Source: Clostridia bacterium (GTDB lineage Bacteria > Bacillota > Clostridia > TANB77 > CAG-465). Taken from it: 32,000 nt of DNA. The position numbers and the translations under genes were made by a program. The notes beneath the pieces were generated by a model. It was not told where the DNA came from, made no database searches, and was given only the letters and a program-made list of their open reading frames with translations. Positions within the stretch are counted from its first letter, which is position 1. Each line of letters starts with the position of its first letter. Below, in pieces: positions 9,899 through 16,915 of this stretch. The stretch covers positions 1-32,000 of the forward strand of contig JAVXNL010000003.1 of the NCBI GenBank assembly GCA_036645795.1, given 5' to 3'.

Positions 9899-10084
9899 TC
9901 TCCTAACATGTTAGCTATTATACCACAAAACCAACTAAAAGTTAAGAGATTTTTAAAAAAATATATAAATAAAATAACGAGCCTTTAAAAAGTAAGAAGT
10001 TAATATAAATATAGCTAAGTTTTTTTATTTTTTTGTCGAAAAACTAGAACTTTTAGCTGTTTTTGTAATATAGTGAAAATAAAG

Positions 10085-10113
10085 TTGACGAAGTGTTTTT
10101 AAAATGTTAGAAT
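10085..10113 (+). promoter_or_regulatory. near-consensus sigma-A promoter for the T4SS-like operon
   Basis: TTGACG (10085-10090), 17-nt spacer, TGtTAGAAT (10105-10113). This puts the transcription start after the track's ATG at 10112 and argues for the ATG at 10133. Confidence 0.6.
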
Positions 10114-10132
10114 GTTTTTAGGGGTGGTGATT

Positions 10133-12088
10133 ATGTTTTTTATTTCAACGTATATTTTTTATATAGTTTTTTTCTTTTTGAGGCTATATTTCCTTGTTGA
10201 TAAAAATTATATACTTTCAAAAGATGGAGAAAAGTTAAGAAGGTATATAACTAAAAATGATCTGCAAAATATAGCTGGCAGTTTAAGTAAGCATAATTAC
10301 AATCATAATAACAGTTTGATCAATAAATTTGAAAATATAAAATCATCACCCTATATATATATAAAAATAAAAAATACTTTTATACTTTATATTTTATCAA
10401 TGTTTTTAAAAGTATCTTTTTCTTATAAATTTATTACAACTAATTTTTTATACATCAATATATTTAACAAATCAATCGACTTATCTTCGAGTTTTGGTGA
10501 ATATTTTTATTTATTTAAAGGTATGTACTATGTACTATTTTCTTTTTATTCAATTAATATTATTTATTATTTTCTCTCCTATTATTATATAGGTAAACAA
10601 AAAAAAGATAAAGAACTTTTAGATGAAAACAATAAAAAATTAGAAGCGTGCGGTATGAATATATCTTTAGGCAAAGATATAAAAAACAATTTAGAGGTTA
10701 TATTAAATGAAAAAGGATTATATCAAAACATATTAATTACGGGAAGTATAGGCAGTGGGAAGACTAGCAGTGCAATATCTAATATATTACAAGGGCTTTT
10801 ACAAAACAAAATTTATGGAGTTATTATAGATGTAAAAGGAAACTTCATTGATACTGTAAAACGTATTAGGGATTCCACGTGTAAGTCTATGGATATTTTA
10901 GAAATTTCTCTAGAAGGAAACGTTTTGTATAATCCTTTAAATAGACCAGATATAAGTGCAATTGAGATTGCAAGTAGAATAAAAAAAGTATTAACATTGC
11001 TTTCAACTGAAAACACATCAGATTCTTTTTGGTTAGATAAAGCAGAGAGTTATATACGAGATTTTATTGTATTAATTAGAGCATATAATTCATATGTAAA
11101 CTTTTACGAACTTCACAAACTTGTTATAGATAAAGAATATTTATATTTAAAATTAGAAGAAATAAAGAAAAAAGTTGTTCAAAATAAGTATTTAGAAGAA
11201 GAGCTTTTTGAATTGACGACTTCAATAGATAATATAAAAAAAGAATATTTAAAATTAGATGAAAGAACCCTTGGGATTATAAAAGCAGAGATTACACGAG
11301 TTACAGGAGTGTTTGTAAGTAATAAAAAAATATGTGACAAGTTTTGTTCCAAAACAGAAGAAATAAATTTTTTTAGTAAAAAAATAATAGTTTTATCAAT
11401 GGATATAAGCAAAAACGCTAATCTTTCAAAAATTATAGCAACATATTTAAAGCTAGATTTTCAAAAACAAGTTTTATCTAACAATTTAAAATCAAATCCA
11501 ATTTTTTTCCTATGTGATGAGTATCAAATTATAAGTAATGCGGAAGATGCGTCATTTTTTTCGCTTTCAAGAGAATATAGATGTATAAATATATTAAGTA
11601 TACAAAGCTATACTTCTCTATTTTGTGCGCTCAAAAAAGAGACAACAGCAAATGTTATAATTCAAAGCATGGTAAATAAAATATGCTTTAGGCAAGATGA
11701 TATTTATACTGTAACAAAGATTATAAATTATGTAGGAAAAGAATTAAAAGAAAGTGGAACCTTAAGTTTTAGTGAAACATCACAAAACAGTAAATATAAA
11801 GTGATATCTAATGAATTTAGAAATTATAAATCGGGACTTTCTAAAAGTTATTCTACAACAAATAGATTTGATTATATTTTAAACGAAAAATATTTTACGC
11901 AAGATTTAAAAACATTCGAAGCACTATGCATAATATCTAATGGTGAAGAAATAAAAGTGTACGAAAAGGTATATATAAAAAGATGGGAGGGCCAAAAAAA
12001 TGAAAGAAAAGAGATTAAAAAAGAAAGTGTTGAGGTATCAAAAGAAAGCAATAATGATAATAGTGTTATTAATATTTATGGTAGCTAG
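10133..12088 (+). CDS. divergent type IV coupling protein-like ATPase (VirD4/TraG/TraD superfamily)
   Basis: GGGGTGGTG RBS before the ATG at 10133. Hydrophobic N-terminal region of about 190 aa. Collinear motifs ITGSIGSGKT (Walker A), IIDVKGN, YNPL, DSFWLDKAE, FFLCDEYQ (Walker B) and ILSIQSY. The canonical VirD4-like ORF at 24846 has the same motif order. Confidence 0.65.
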   Translation: MFFISTYIFYIVFFFLRLYFLVDKNYILSKDGEKLRRYITKNDLQNIAGSLSKHNYNHNNSLINKFENIKSSPYIYIKIKNTFILYILSMFLKVSFSYKFITTNFLYINIFNKSIDLSSSFGEYFYLFKGMYYVLFSFYSINIIYYFLSYYYIGKQKKDKELLDENNKKLEACGMNISLGKDIKNNLEVILNEKGLYQNILITGSIGSGKTSSAISNILQGLLQNKIYGVIIDVKGNFIDTVKRIRDSTCKSMDILEISLEGNVLYNPLNRPDISAIEIASRIKKVLTLLSTENTSDSFWLDKAESYIRDFIVLIRAYNSYVNFYELHKLVIDKEYLYLKLEEIKKKVVQNKYLEEELFELTTSIDNIKKEYLKLDERTLGIIKAEITRVTGVFVSNKKICDKFCSKTEEINFFSKKIIVLSMDISKNANLSKIIATYLKLDFQKQVLSNNLKSNPIFFLCDEYQIISNAEDASFFSLSREYRCINILSIQSYTSLFCALKKETTANVIIQSMVNKICFRQDDIYTVTKIINYVGKELKESGTLSFSETSQNSKYKVISNEFRNYKSGLSKSYSTTNRFDYILNEKYFTQDLKTFEALCIISNGEEIKVYEKVYIKRWEGQKNERKEIKKESVEVSKESNNDNSVINIYGS

Positions 12089-12359
12089 TTTTTCGTTTGT
12101 ATTTTGTGCTACTGGAGATCCAACGCTTGTAAATAAATTAAACTCAGCATTAAAAAAAATACAAGGGTATTTGTTAAAACTAGCAACTCCTGCAGCAGGT
12201 GTTGCTATTGCAACAGGAGTGTTTATGAGAAAATTAAGTTTTGGTGATGAGGAAAAAATGGTAAAAGGAAAAAAAGTAATAGTAAACGCAGTTATATGTT
12301 ATGGAATTATTATTTCTGTAGATTTAATAATAAAATTTGTAGATGTGGTTTTAAAATAA
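12000..12359 (+). CDS. VirB2/TrbC-like small membrane protein (putative pilin-like T4SS subunit)
   Basis: Strong GGGAGGG RBS 8 nt before the ATG at 12000. Basic N-terminus plus signal-peptide-like hydrophobic stretch, then two hydrophobic helices (ATPAAGVAIATGVF and VNAVICYGIIISV) separated by a charged loop, which is the VirB2/TrbC topology. Overlaps the upstream CDS by 89 nt. Confidence 0.45.
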   Translation: MKEKRLKKKVLRYQKKAIMIIVLLIFMVASFSFVFCATGDPTLVNKLNSALKKIQGYLLKLATPAAGVAIATGVFMRKLSFGDEEKMVKGKKVIVNAVICYGIIISVDLIIKFVDVVLK

Positions 12360-13199
12360 ATGGAAACAGGAGATATATTAAACAATTTAAATATAATTGC
12401 AGAAAAACTTTTTAAGTCGGTTGAAGGACAAGTTTATGAAGTATTAGATAAAATAGTTGTTATAGGACCCGAGATATTAAAACAAGAACCTTTAAGAAAT
12501 GTTTTTTTGGAAAATAAAGTAAATGGAGTAATAATAATTGCAAATGCATTAGTATTGTTTTATGTGGTATATTATACATTTACACAACTTATGTGTTTAT
12601 ATAACGGAAACAAAGCAGAAAACATATATTTATTTATATTAAAATTAGTTGTTGTAAGTATATTTGTAAATAACAGCTATTTTATATGTGAACAACTACT
12701 TACTATAGTAGATGCTTTTACAAATGCTATAACGATGTTTACAGAACAAATAGCGGGAAAACAAATAACGTTTGAAAATCTAAAAGAAAACATTTTGTCT
12801 ATAAAAGATTTTATGAAAAACGATTTATTTACATTAGATGGATTAATTAAAGGGATAATATCTTTTGGTGCTGTGTCTATATTAATTAATTTTTCTATAA
12901 GATATGTTACTATAATTTTTTTGATAATAATTTCACCAATAGCACTTGTCACGCTTAGTAGCAATATTACAAACGGTATATTTAAAACTTGGGGAAGAAC
13001 GCTTGTTATAAGTCTACTCACACAAGTTGTTGTAAAAATAATAATTTTTATACCTATAATGTATAAAGAGGTAGACAGTGTTATGTATAAAATAATACTT
13101 GTTGGAAGTATATATCTTTTATATAGGTTAAATAATTTTGTAAAAGATATATTTGTAAATATTTCTACAACACAGCCAATAAACAATTTATTTAAATGA
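12360..13199 (+). CDS. polytopic membrane protein, VirB6/TrbL-like (putative T4SS channel subunit)
   Basis: ATG directly abuts the upstream TAA (taaATG), suggesting translational coupling. About 5-6 predicted TM segments. Position between the pilin-like and PrgI-like genes matches Firmicute conjugation modules. Assignment rests on topology and context, not a sequence motif. Confidence 0.4.
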   Translation: METGDILNNLNIIAEKLFKSVEGQVYEVLDKIVVIGPEILKQEPLRNVFLENKVNGVIIIANALVLFYVVYYTFTQLMCLYNGNKAENIYLFILKLVVVSIFVNNSYFICEQLLTIVDAFTNAITMFTEQIAGKQITFENLKENILSIKDFMKNDLFTLDGLIKGIISFGAVSILINFSIRYVTIIFLIIISPIALVTLSSNITNGIFKTWGRTLVISLLTQVVVKIIIFIPIMYKEVDSVMYKIILVGSIYLLYRLNNFVKDIFVNISTTQPINNLFK

Positions 13200-13224
13200 T
13201 AAATATAAAACAAAAGGAGAATAA

Positions 13225-13581
13225 ATGCAAAAAATAAATGAACAACCAATATATTATAATTATAAAAGGGAAAATAAATGGTTTGGTATAATAGATTATA
13301 AATCACTTATAGCTATAGTAATATATGTTTTTATAATAGGATATGTGTTAAGTGTTTTTAGTTTCAATTTAGAAATAAAAGTATATATATTTATGGCTCT
13401 AACAGTACCTGTAATTGCAATATCTTGTGTTAATGTAAATAACGAAAGCATAATAGATGTATTTGTAACAATATTAAAATTCGAAATGAAAAATAATATG
13501 TTCATAAATGAAAATAATTTTAAAGATATGGAAAAGTATGATAAAGCTATTTATGAAAATAGATATAAAATGAACAAATAA
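13225..13581 (+). CDS. PrgI/TcpE-family (VirB3-like) small membrane protein
   Basis: AAGGAG RBS. 118 aa with a short cytoplasmic N-terminus (YYNYKRENKWFGIIDYKSL) followed by two adjacent TM helices, as in PrgI/TcpE proteins that normally precede VirB4. Confidence 0.4.
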   Translation: MQKINEQPIYYNYKRENKWFGIIDYKSLIAIVIYVFIIGYVLSVFSFNLEIKVYIFMALTVPVIAISCVNVNNESIIDVFVTILKFEMKNNMFINENNFKDMEKYDKAIYENRYKMNK

Positions 13582-13650
13582 ATAAAAAAGTTTTATAAAA
13601 AAAAGTGGATTTGTTTTGAAAAAATTCTTTTGGAATTTTAGAAATATATA

Positions 13651-13679
13651 TTGTAAAAGAAGCAAACTAATGATATAAT
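13651..13679 (+). promoter_or_regulatory. sigma-A type promoter for the DnaD-domain gene
   Basis: TTGTAA (13651-13656), 17-nt spacer, TGaTATAAT (13671-13679). Confidence 0.6.
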
Positions 13680-13721
13680 TATTAAACACAAAAAAATATG
13701 AGTGTAGGAGATTTGAGTTAT

Positions 13722-14687
13722 ATGAAGTTTGTACAAAAAAATAAGATAGAGTTAAGTGATACAGCACTACCAGATCTGTTTATATTAAACTATATGAATG
13801 TACTTCAAGGGATTGACGTTAAAGTGTATTTATATATTTTATTCTTATGCAAAAACGGGAAAGAAATAGAAATTAGTGCAATGGCCAAAAAAATGGGGGT
13901 CAGCGAGCAAGAGATTTCTTTTAGTTTGGATAGATTACAAACAGAAGATTTAATAATTAAGACAACGCATGGATTTAATATAGTAGATATAAAAGAAGCA
14001 GAGGTAAACAAATCATATATACCTAAGATGGAGCCAAAAAAAACAAAAACTCAGACAGAAACAGAAAGGAAGAGGATAGCTGCAGCATCTGCAATAAACG
14101 AGAGTTTTTTCCAGGGTGTTATGTCACTTGGGTGGTATACAGATATTGGGACAATGTTTGAAAACTATAAATTGTCTGAAGAAGTTATGATAGCACTGTT
14201 TCATTATTGTCAAGAAAGAAAAGCTTTAAATAAAAAATATGTACATGCAGTAGCAGAGACTTGGTATAAAGGTGGAGTAAGAACTTTTGAAGAATTAGAG
14301 ACCTTTCTTGAAAACTATGATAAAATATTGAAAATAAAACAAAAAATTTCAAAAGCACTAAGACTTAATAGGAATTTCACAAAATATGAAGAGCAATATA
14401 TTGATATGTGGATAAAAGATTTTAAATATGATTTTGATATGATAGAAGAAGCTCTTAAAAGAACAGTATCAAAAACAAACCCTACAATAAGCTATGTAAA
14501 TGGTATCCTTAGTAATTGGAATAAAAAAGGTTTTAAAAATGTAAAAGATTTAGAAGAAGAAAAAGCTCAAAGTTTAGATAAAACAAAAGCTAAACCTTAT
14601 GCCAAAACAACAAAACCAAAAACTAAATATCAAAATTATGAGCAAAGAGATTATGAGGATTTAGAGTCCTTTTACGATAACGTATAA
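13722..14687 (+). CDS. DnaD-domain replication initiation / helicase-loading protein (DnaD / B. subtilis DnaB-like)
   Basis: N-terminal winged-helix-like region. C-terminal DnaD/DnaB_2 repeats with YVHAVAETWYKGGVRTFEELE and ISYVNGILSNWNKKGFKNVKDLEE (Y-x-x-x-I-x-x-x-W signature). ATG at 13722 preferred (AGGAGA RBS) over 13698, which would lie about 12 nt from the predicted transcription start. Confidence 0.8.
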   Translation: MKFVQKNKIELSDTALPDLFILNYMNVLQGIDVKVYLYILFLCKNGKEIEISAMAKKMGVSEQEISFSLDRLQTEDLIIKTTHGFNIVDIKEAEVNKSYIPKMEPKKTKTQTETERKRIAAASAINESFFQGVMSLGWYTDIGTMFENYKLSEEVMIALFHYCQERKALNKKYVHAVAETWYKGGVRTFEELETFLENYDKILKIKQKISKALRLNRNFTKYEEQYIDMWIKDFKYDFDMIEEALKRTVSKTNPTISYVNGILSNWNKKGFKNVKDLEEEKAQSLDKTKAKPYAKTTKPKTKYQNYEQRDYEDLESFYDNV

Positions 14688-14723
14688 TAGTAAGTGTAAA
14701 ACAAATAAGTTGGGAGGGTTTTT

Positions 14724-15737
14724 ATGGATAGTGATGTACACAAACAAATAAAAAGAGAATATGATATTAAAAGGCAAAGAAATATAGAGTTTGCAAAACA
14801 AAAAAAAGATCAAATATATACTGAAAATCCAAAACTTGAGGAAATAGAAAACAAAAAACATACCCTTGCAATAAAATCAGCTAGAATAATGTTAAACTCG
14901 GATGAGATTACAAGACAAATAGAAGCGGAAAACATAAGCTTAAAACTAAGTGAATTAGAAAAAAAAGAAATTACTGAATTAAAAAAGATAGGTCTAAAAA
15001 AAGAAGATTTTGAGCCTCATTTTGAATGTAATATTTGCAAAGATACAGGTATTATAAAAGAGGATAACAAATCTAAGTTTTGCAATTGCTTTGTACAAGC
15101 AGTTATAAATGCAACATATAAACAGTCAAATATGTCTAAAATAGAAGAAGAAAATTTTGAAACTTTTGATATATGTTATTATTCAAAAAAATCAGATAAA
15201 GAAAAATATGGAACTACTAGAACACCGATGGAAAATATTGAGTGTATAAGAGGTGTAGCAAAGCATTTTTGTGAAAATATAGATTCAAAAGAACAAAAAA
15301 ACCTGCTTTTTGTTGGGAATACAGGACTTGGAAAAACGTTTATTGCAAATTGTATAGCAAAAGAAGTTATTGATAACGGAAAAACTGTTGTATATCAAAC
15401 TGCTCCAATACTTATGGATAAAGTTATAGAATATAAGTTTTCATACAATAAGAGTGGTATACAAAAAGAACAATATGATAAAATATTTGAAGTGGATTTG
15501 TTAATAATAGATGATCTTGGTACTGAAACGATGAGTAACGTGAAATTTACAGAACTATTTAACATAATAAACACTAGGCTGTTAAAAAACAAAAAGATTT
15601 TGATATCAACAAATTTAACATTAAACGAGCTATATAAAGAGTATGATGAAAGAGTAATGTCAAGACTTATTGGTAATTTTACAATATGTAAATTTATAGG
15701 GGATGATATTAGATTAAAAAAGAAAAGAATAAAATAA
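14724..15737 (+). CDS. DnaI/DnaC-like AAA+ helicase loader
   Basis: GGGAGGG RBS; N-terminal Cys cluster CNICKDTG...CNC (DnaI-type zinc module); Walker A GNTGLGKT; Walker B LLIIDDLGTE; MSRL sensor region. Confidence 0.85.
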   Translation: MDSDVHKQIKREYDIKRQRNIEFAKQKKDQIYTENPKLEEIENKKHTLAIKSARIMLNSDEITRQIEAENISLKLSELEKKEITELKKIGLKKEDFEPHFECNICKDTGIIKEDNKSKFCNCFVQAVINATYKQSNMSKIEEENFETFDICYYSKKSDKEKYGTTRTPMENIECIRGVAKHFCENIDSKEQKNLLFVGNTGLGKTFIANCIAKEVIDNGKTVVYQTAPILMDKVIEYKFSYNKSGIQKEQYDKIFEVDLLIIDDLGTETMSNVKFTELFNIINTRLLKNKKILISTNLTLNELYKEYDERVMSRLIGNFTICKFIGDDIRLKKKRIK

Positions 15738-15775
15738 AAAATAGTGAAAAACATAGTTAATGAATAAAAATAGTT

Positions 15776-15822
15776 AAAACAAGATGTTCTTATAGTATTT
15801 CTAGAACATCTTGTTTTGTTTT
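15776..15822. terminator. bidirectional Rho-independent terminator between convergent genes
   Basis: 15-bp stem aaaacaagatgttct / agaacatcttgtttt with a 12-nt loop. A T-run follows on the + strand and an A-run precedes it, which reads as a T-run on the - strand. Confidence 0.75.
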
Positions 15823-15835
15823 TATAGGTATAACT

Positions 15836-16777
15836 TTAATTTTTATTTTCGCGTTCTCTTTTTTGCTCTATTTTTAAAATTTGTTCATATAATTTTTCTT
15901 CACGCTCAGAAATTGTTTTTGGCATATCAATATGTATTTTTAAAAACAAATCCCCTCTTACACCATCCTCAGATATGTATCCTTTATGTGTTACTGTTAC
16001 AAGTTCACAATCTCTTAAATGTTTTGGTAAGGATACAAATATTTTTTCGTTAAATATATTTAATTTGTATTTTCCGCCAAGAGCTGCTTTTGAAGGAGTT
16101 ACGGTAATTTCTTTTGTAAGATCGGTTCCTTGCAACTTAAATTCATTATGTTTGGATACTTTTACATGTATAATAAGGTCGCCATTTTTCCCTCCATTTT
16201 TTCCAGGATTTCCAAGAGCAGCTAAACGTATTTTATCACCATCTTTTATACCTATTGGAACATTAACGGAAAAAGTTTGCATACCTGCTTTATGAGATTT
16301 TATAACAATCTTTTTTTCAACACCAAAATAACCTTCTTCTAAAGATACTTCTAAGTTTGTAACAATATCACTTCCTTTTGAAGGTTTTTGTTTTACAACT
16401 TTATCATCTTTTGGCCCGTTGTCTATATCTCCGAAATTTTGTCCTTCCTCTTTTTTAAAACCAAGAATTGTTGTTAATAAGTCGTTTATAACATTAACAC
16501 CAGATTTAAACTCGTATTTTACGTTTGATAAACTTGAATCGCTATCAACAAAGCCATAGCCATACTTTGCTACTTGTCTATCATATTTTTTTCTCTTTTC
16601 TATATTTGTTAGAGTATCGTAGGCCTCGTTTATATCTTTAAACATCGTATCAGCTTCGCCACCTTTATTAGTGTCTGGATGATACTTTTTTGCAAGTTTT
16701 CTATATGCGAGCTTTATTTGCTCTTTAGAAGACTTTCTGTTTACATCAAGAATTTCATAGTAATTTTTGTATTTCAT
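15836..16777 (-). CDS. J-domain co-chaperone, CbpA-like (DnaJ C-terminal domains, no zinc-finger region)
   Basis: YYEILDVNRKSSKEQIKLAYRKLAKKYHPD J-domain with HPD. C-terminal beta-rich DnaJ_C-like region (GDLIIHVKV, GDLFLKIHI). No CxxCxGxG repeats. AAGGAG RBS. Confidence 0.85.
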   Translation of the reverse strand: MKYKNYYEILDVNRKSSKEQIKLAYRKLAKKYHPDTNKGGEADTMFKDINEAYDTLTNIEKRKKYDRQVAKYGYGFVDSDSSLSNVKYEFKSGVNVINDLLTTILGFKKEEGQNFGDIDNGPKDDKVVKQKPSKGSDIVTNLEVSLEEGYFGVEKKIVIKSHKAGMQTFSVNVPIGIKDGDKIRLAALGNPGKNGGKNGDLIIHVKVSKHNEFKLQGTDLTKEITVTPSKAALGGKYKLNIFNEKIFVSLPKHLRDCELVTVTHKGYISEDGVRGDLFLKIHIDMPKTISEREEKLYEQILKIEQKRERENKN

Positions 16778-16819
16778 GTTTTGCTCCTTTTATTTTATAA
16801 TTTGTTTCTGCTTTTTAAC

Positions 16820-16847
16820 ATTATATCATATCTTTGGGAATTTTCAA
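16820..16847 (-). promoter_or_regulatory. sigma-A type promoter for the J-domain gene
   Basis: On the minus strand: TTGAAA, 16-nt spacer, TGaTATAAT. Divergent from the gyrA promoter. Confidence 0.55.
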
Positions 16848-16857
16848 GGATTTTAGC

Positions 16858-16886
16858 TTGCTTTTTTATATTTTTTCTAGTATAAT
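16858..16886 (+). promoter_or_regulatory. sigma-A type promoter for gyrA
   Basis: TTGCTT (16858-16863), 17-nt spacer, TATAAT (16881-16886). Confidence 0.5.
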
Positions 16887-16915
16887 AAAGGGGTAGTAAA
16901 AATGGAGGTATAAAA

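Noticed and set aside
10112-10132. Longer N-terminal extensions offered by the track: 10112, 19441, 21865, 27082, 29962, 4304, 1595 and 13698
   Set aside because: Each extension overlaps a predicted promoter element, terminator hairpin or the upstream gene. In every case a downstream ATG with a good Shine-Dalgarno sequence fits better.
12677-13306. 209-aa minus-strand ORF overlapping the VirB6-like gene. Also 13296-13505(-), 13474-13767(-), 13805-14011(-) and 14661-14861(-).
   Set aside because: They are antisense to a tightly coupled + strand operon. They cross predicted promoters and RBSs and have no RBS of their own. Their hydrophobic composition mirrors the complement of membrane-protein codons.
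15811-16053. Track ORFs 15811-16053(+), 15975-16295(+) and 16679-16885(+) around the J-domain gene
   Set aside because: They start inside the bidirectional terminator or promoter region and run antisense to a J-domain protein with a clear HPD motif.
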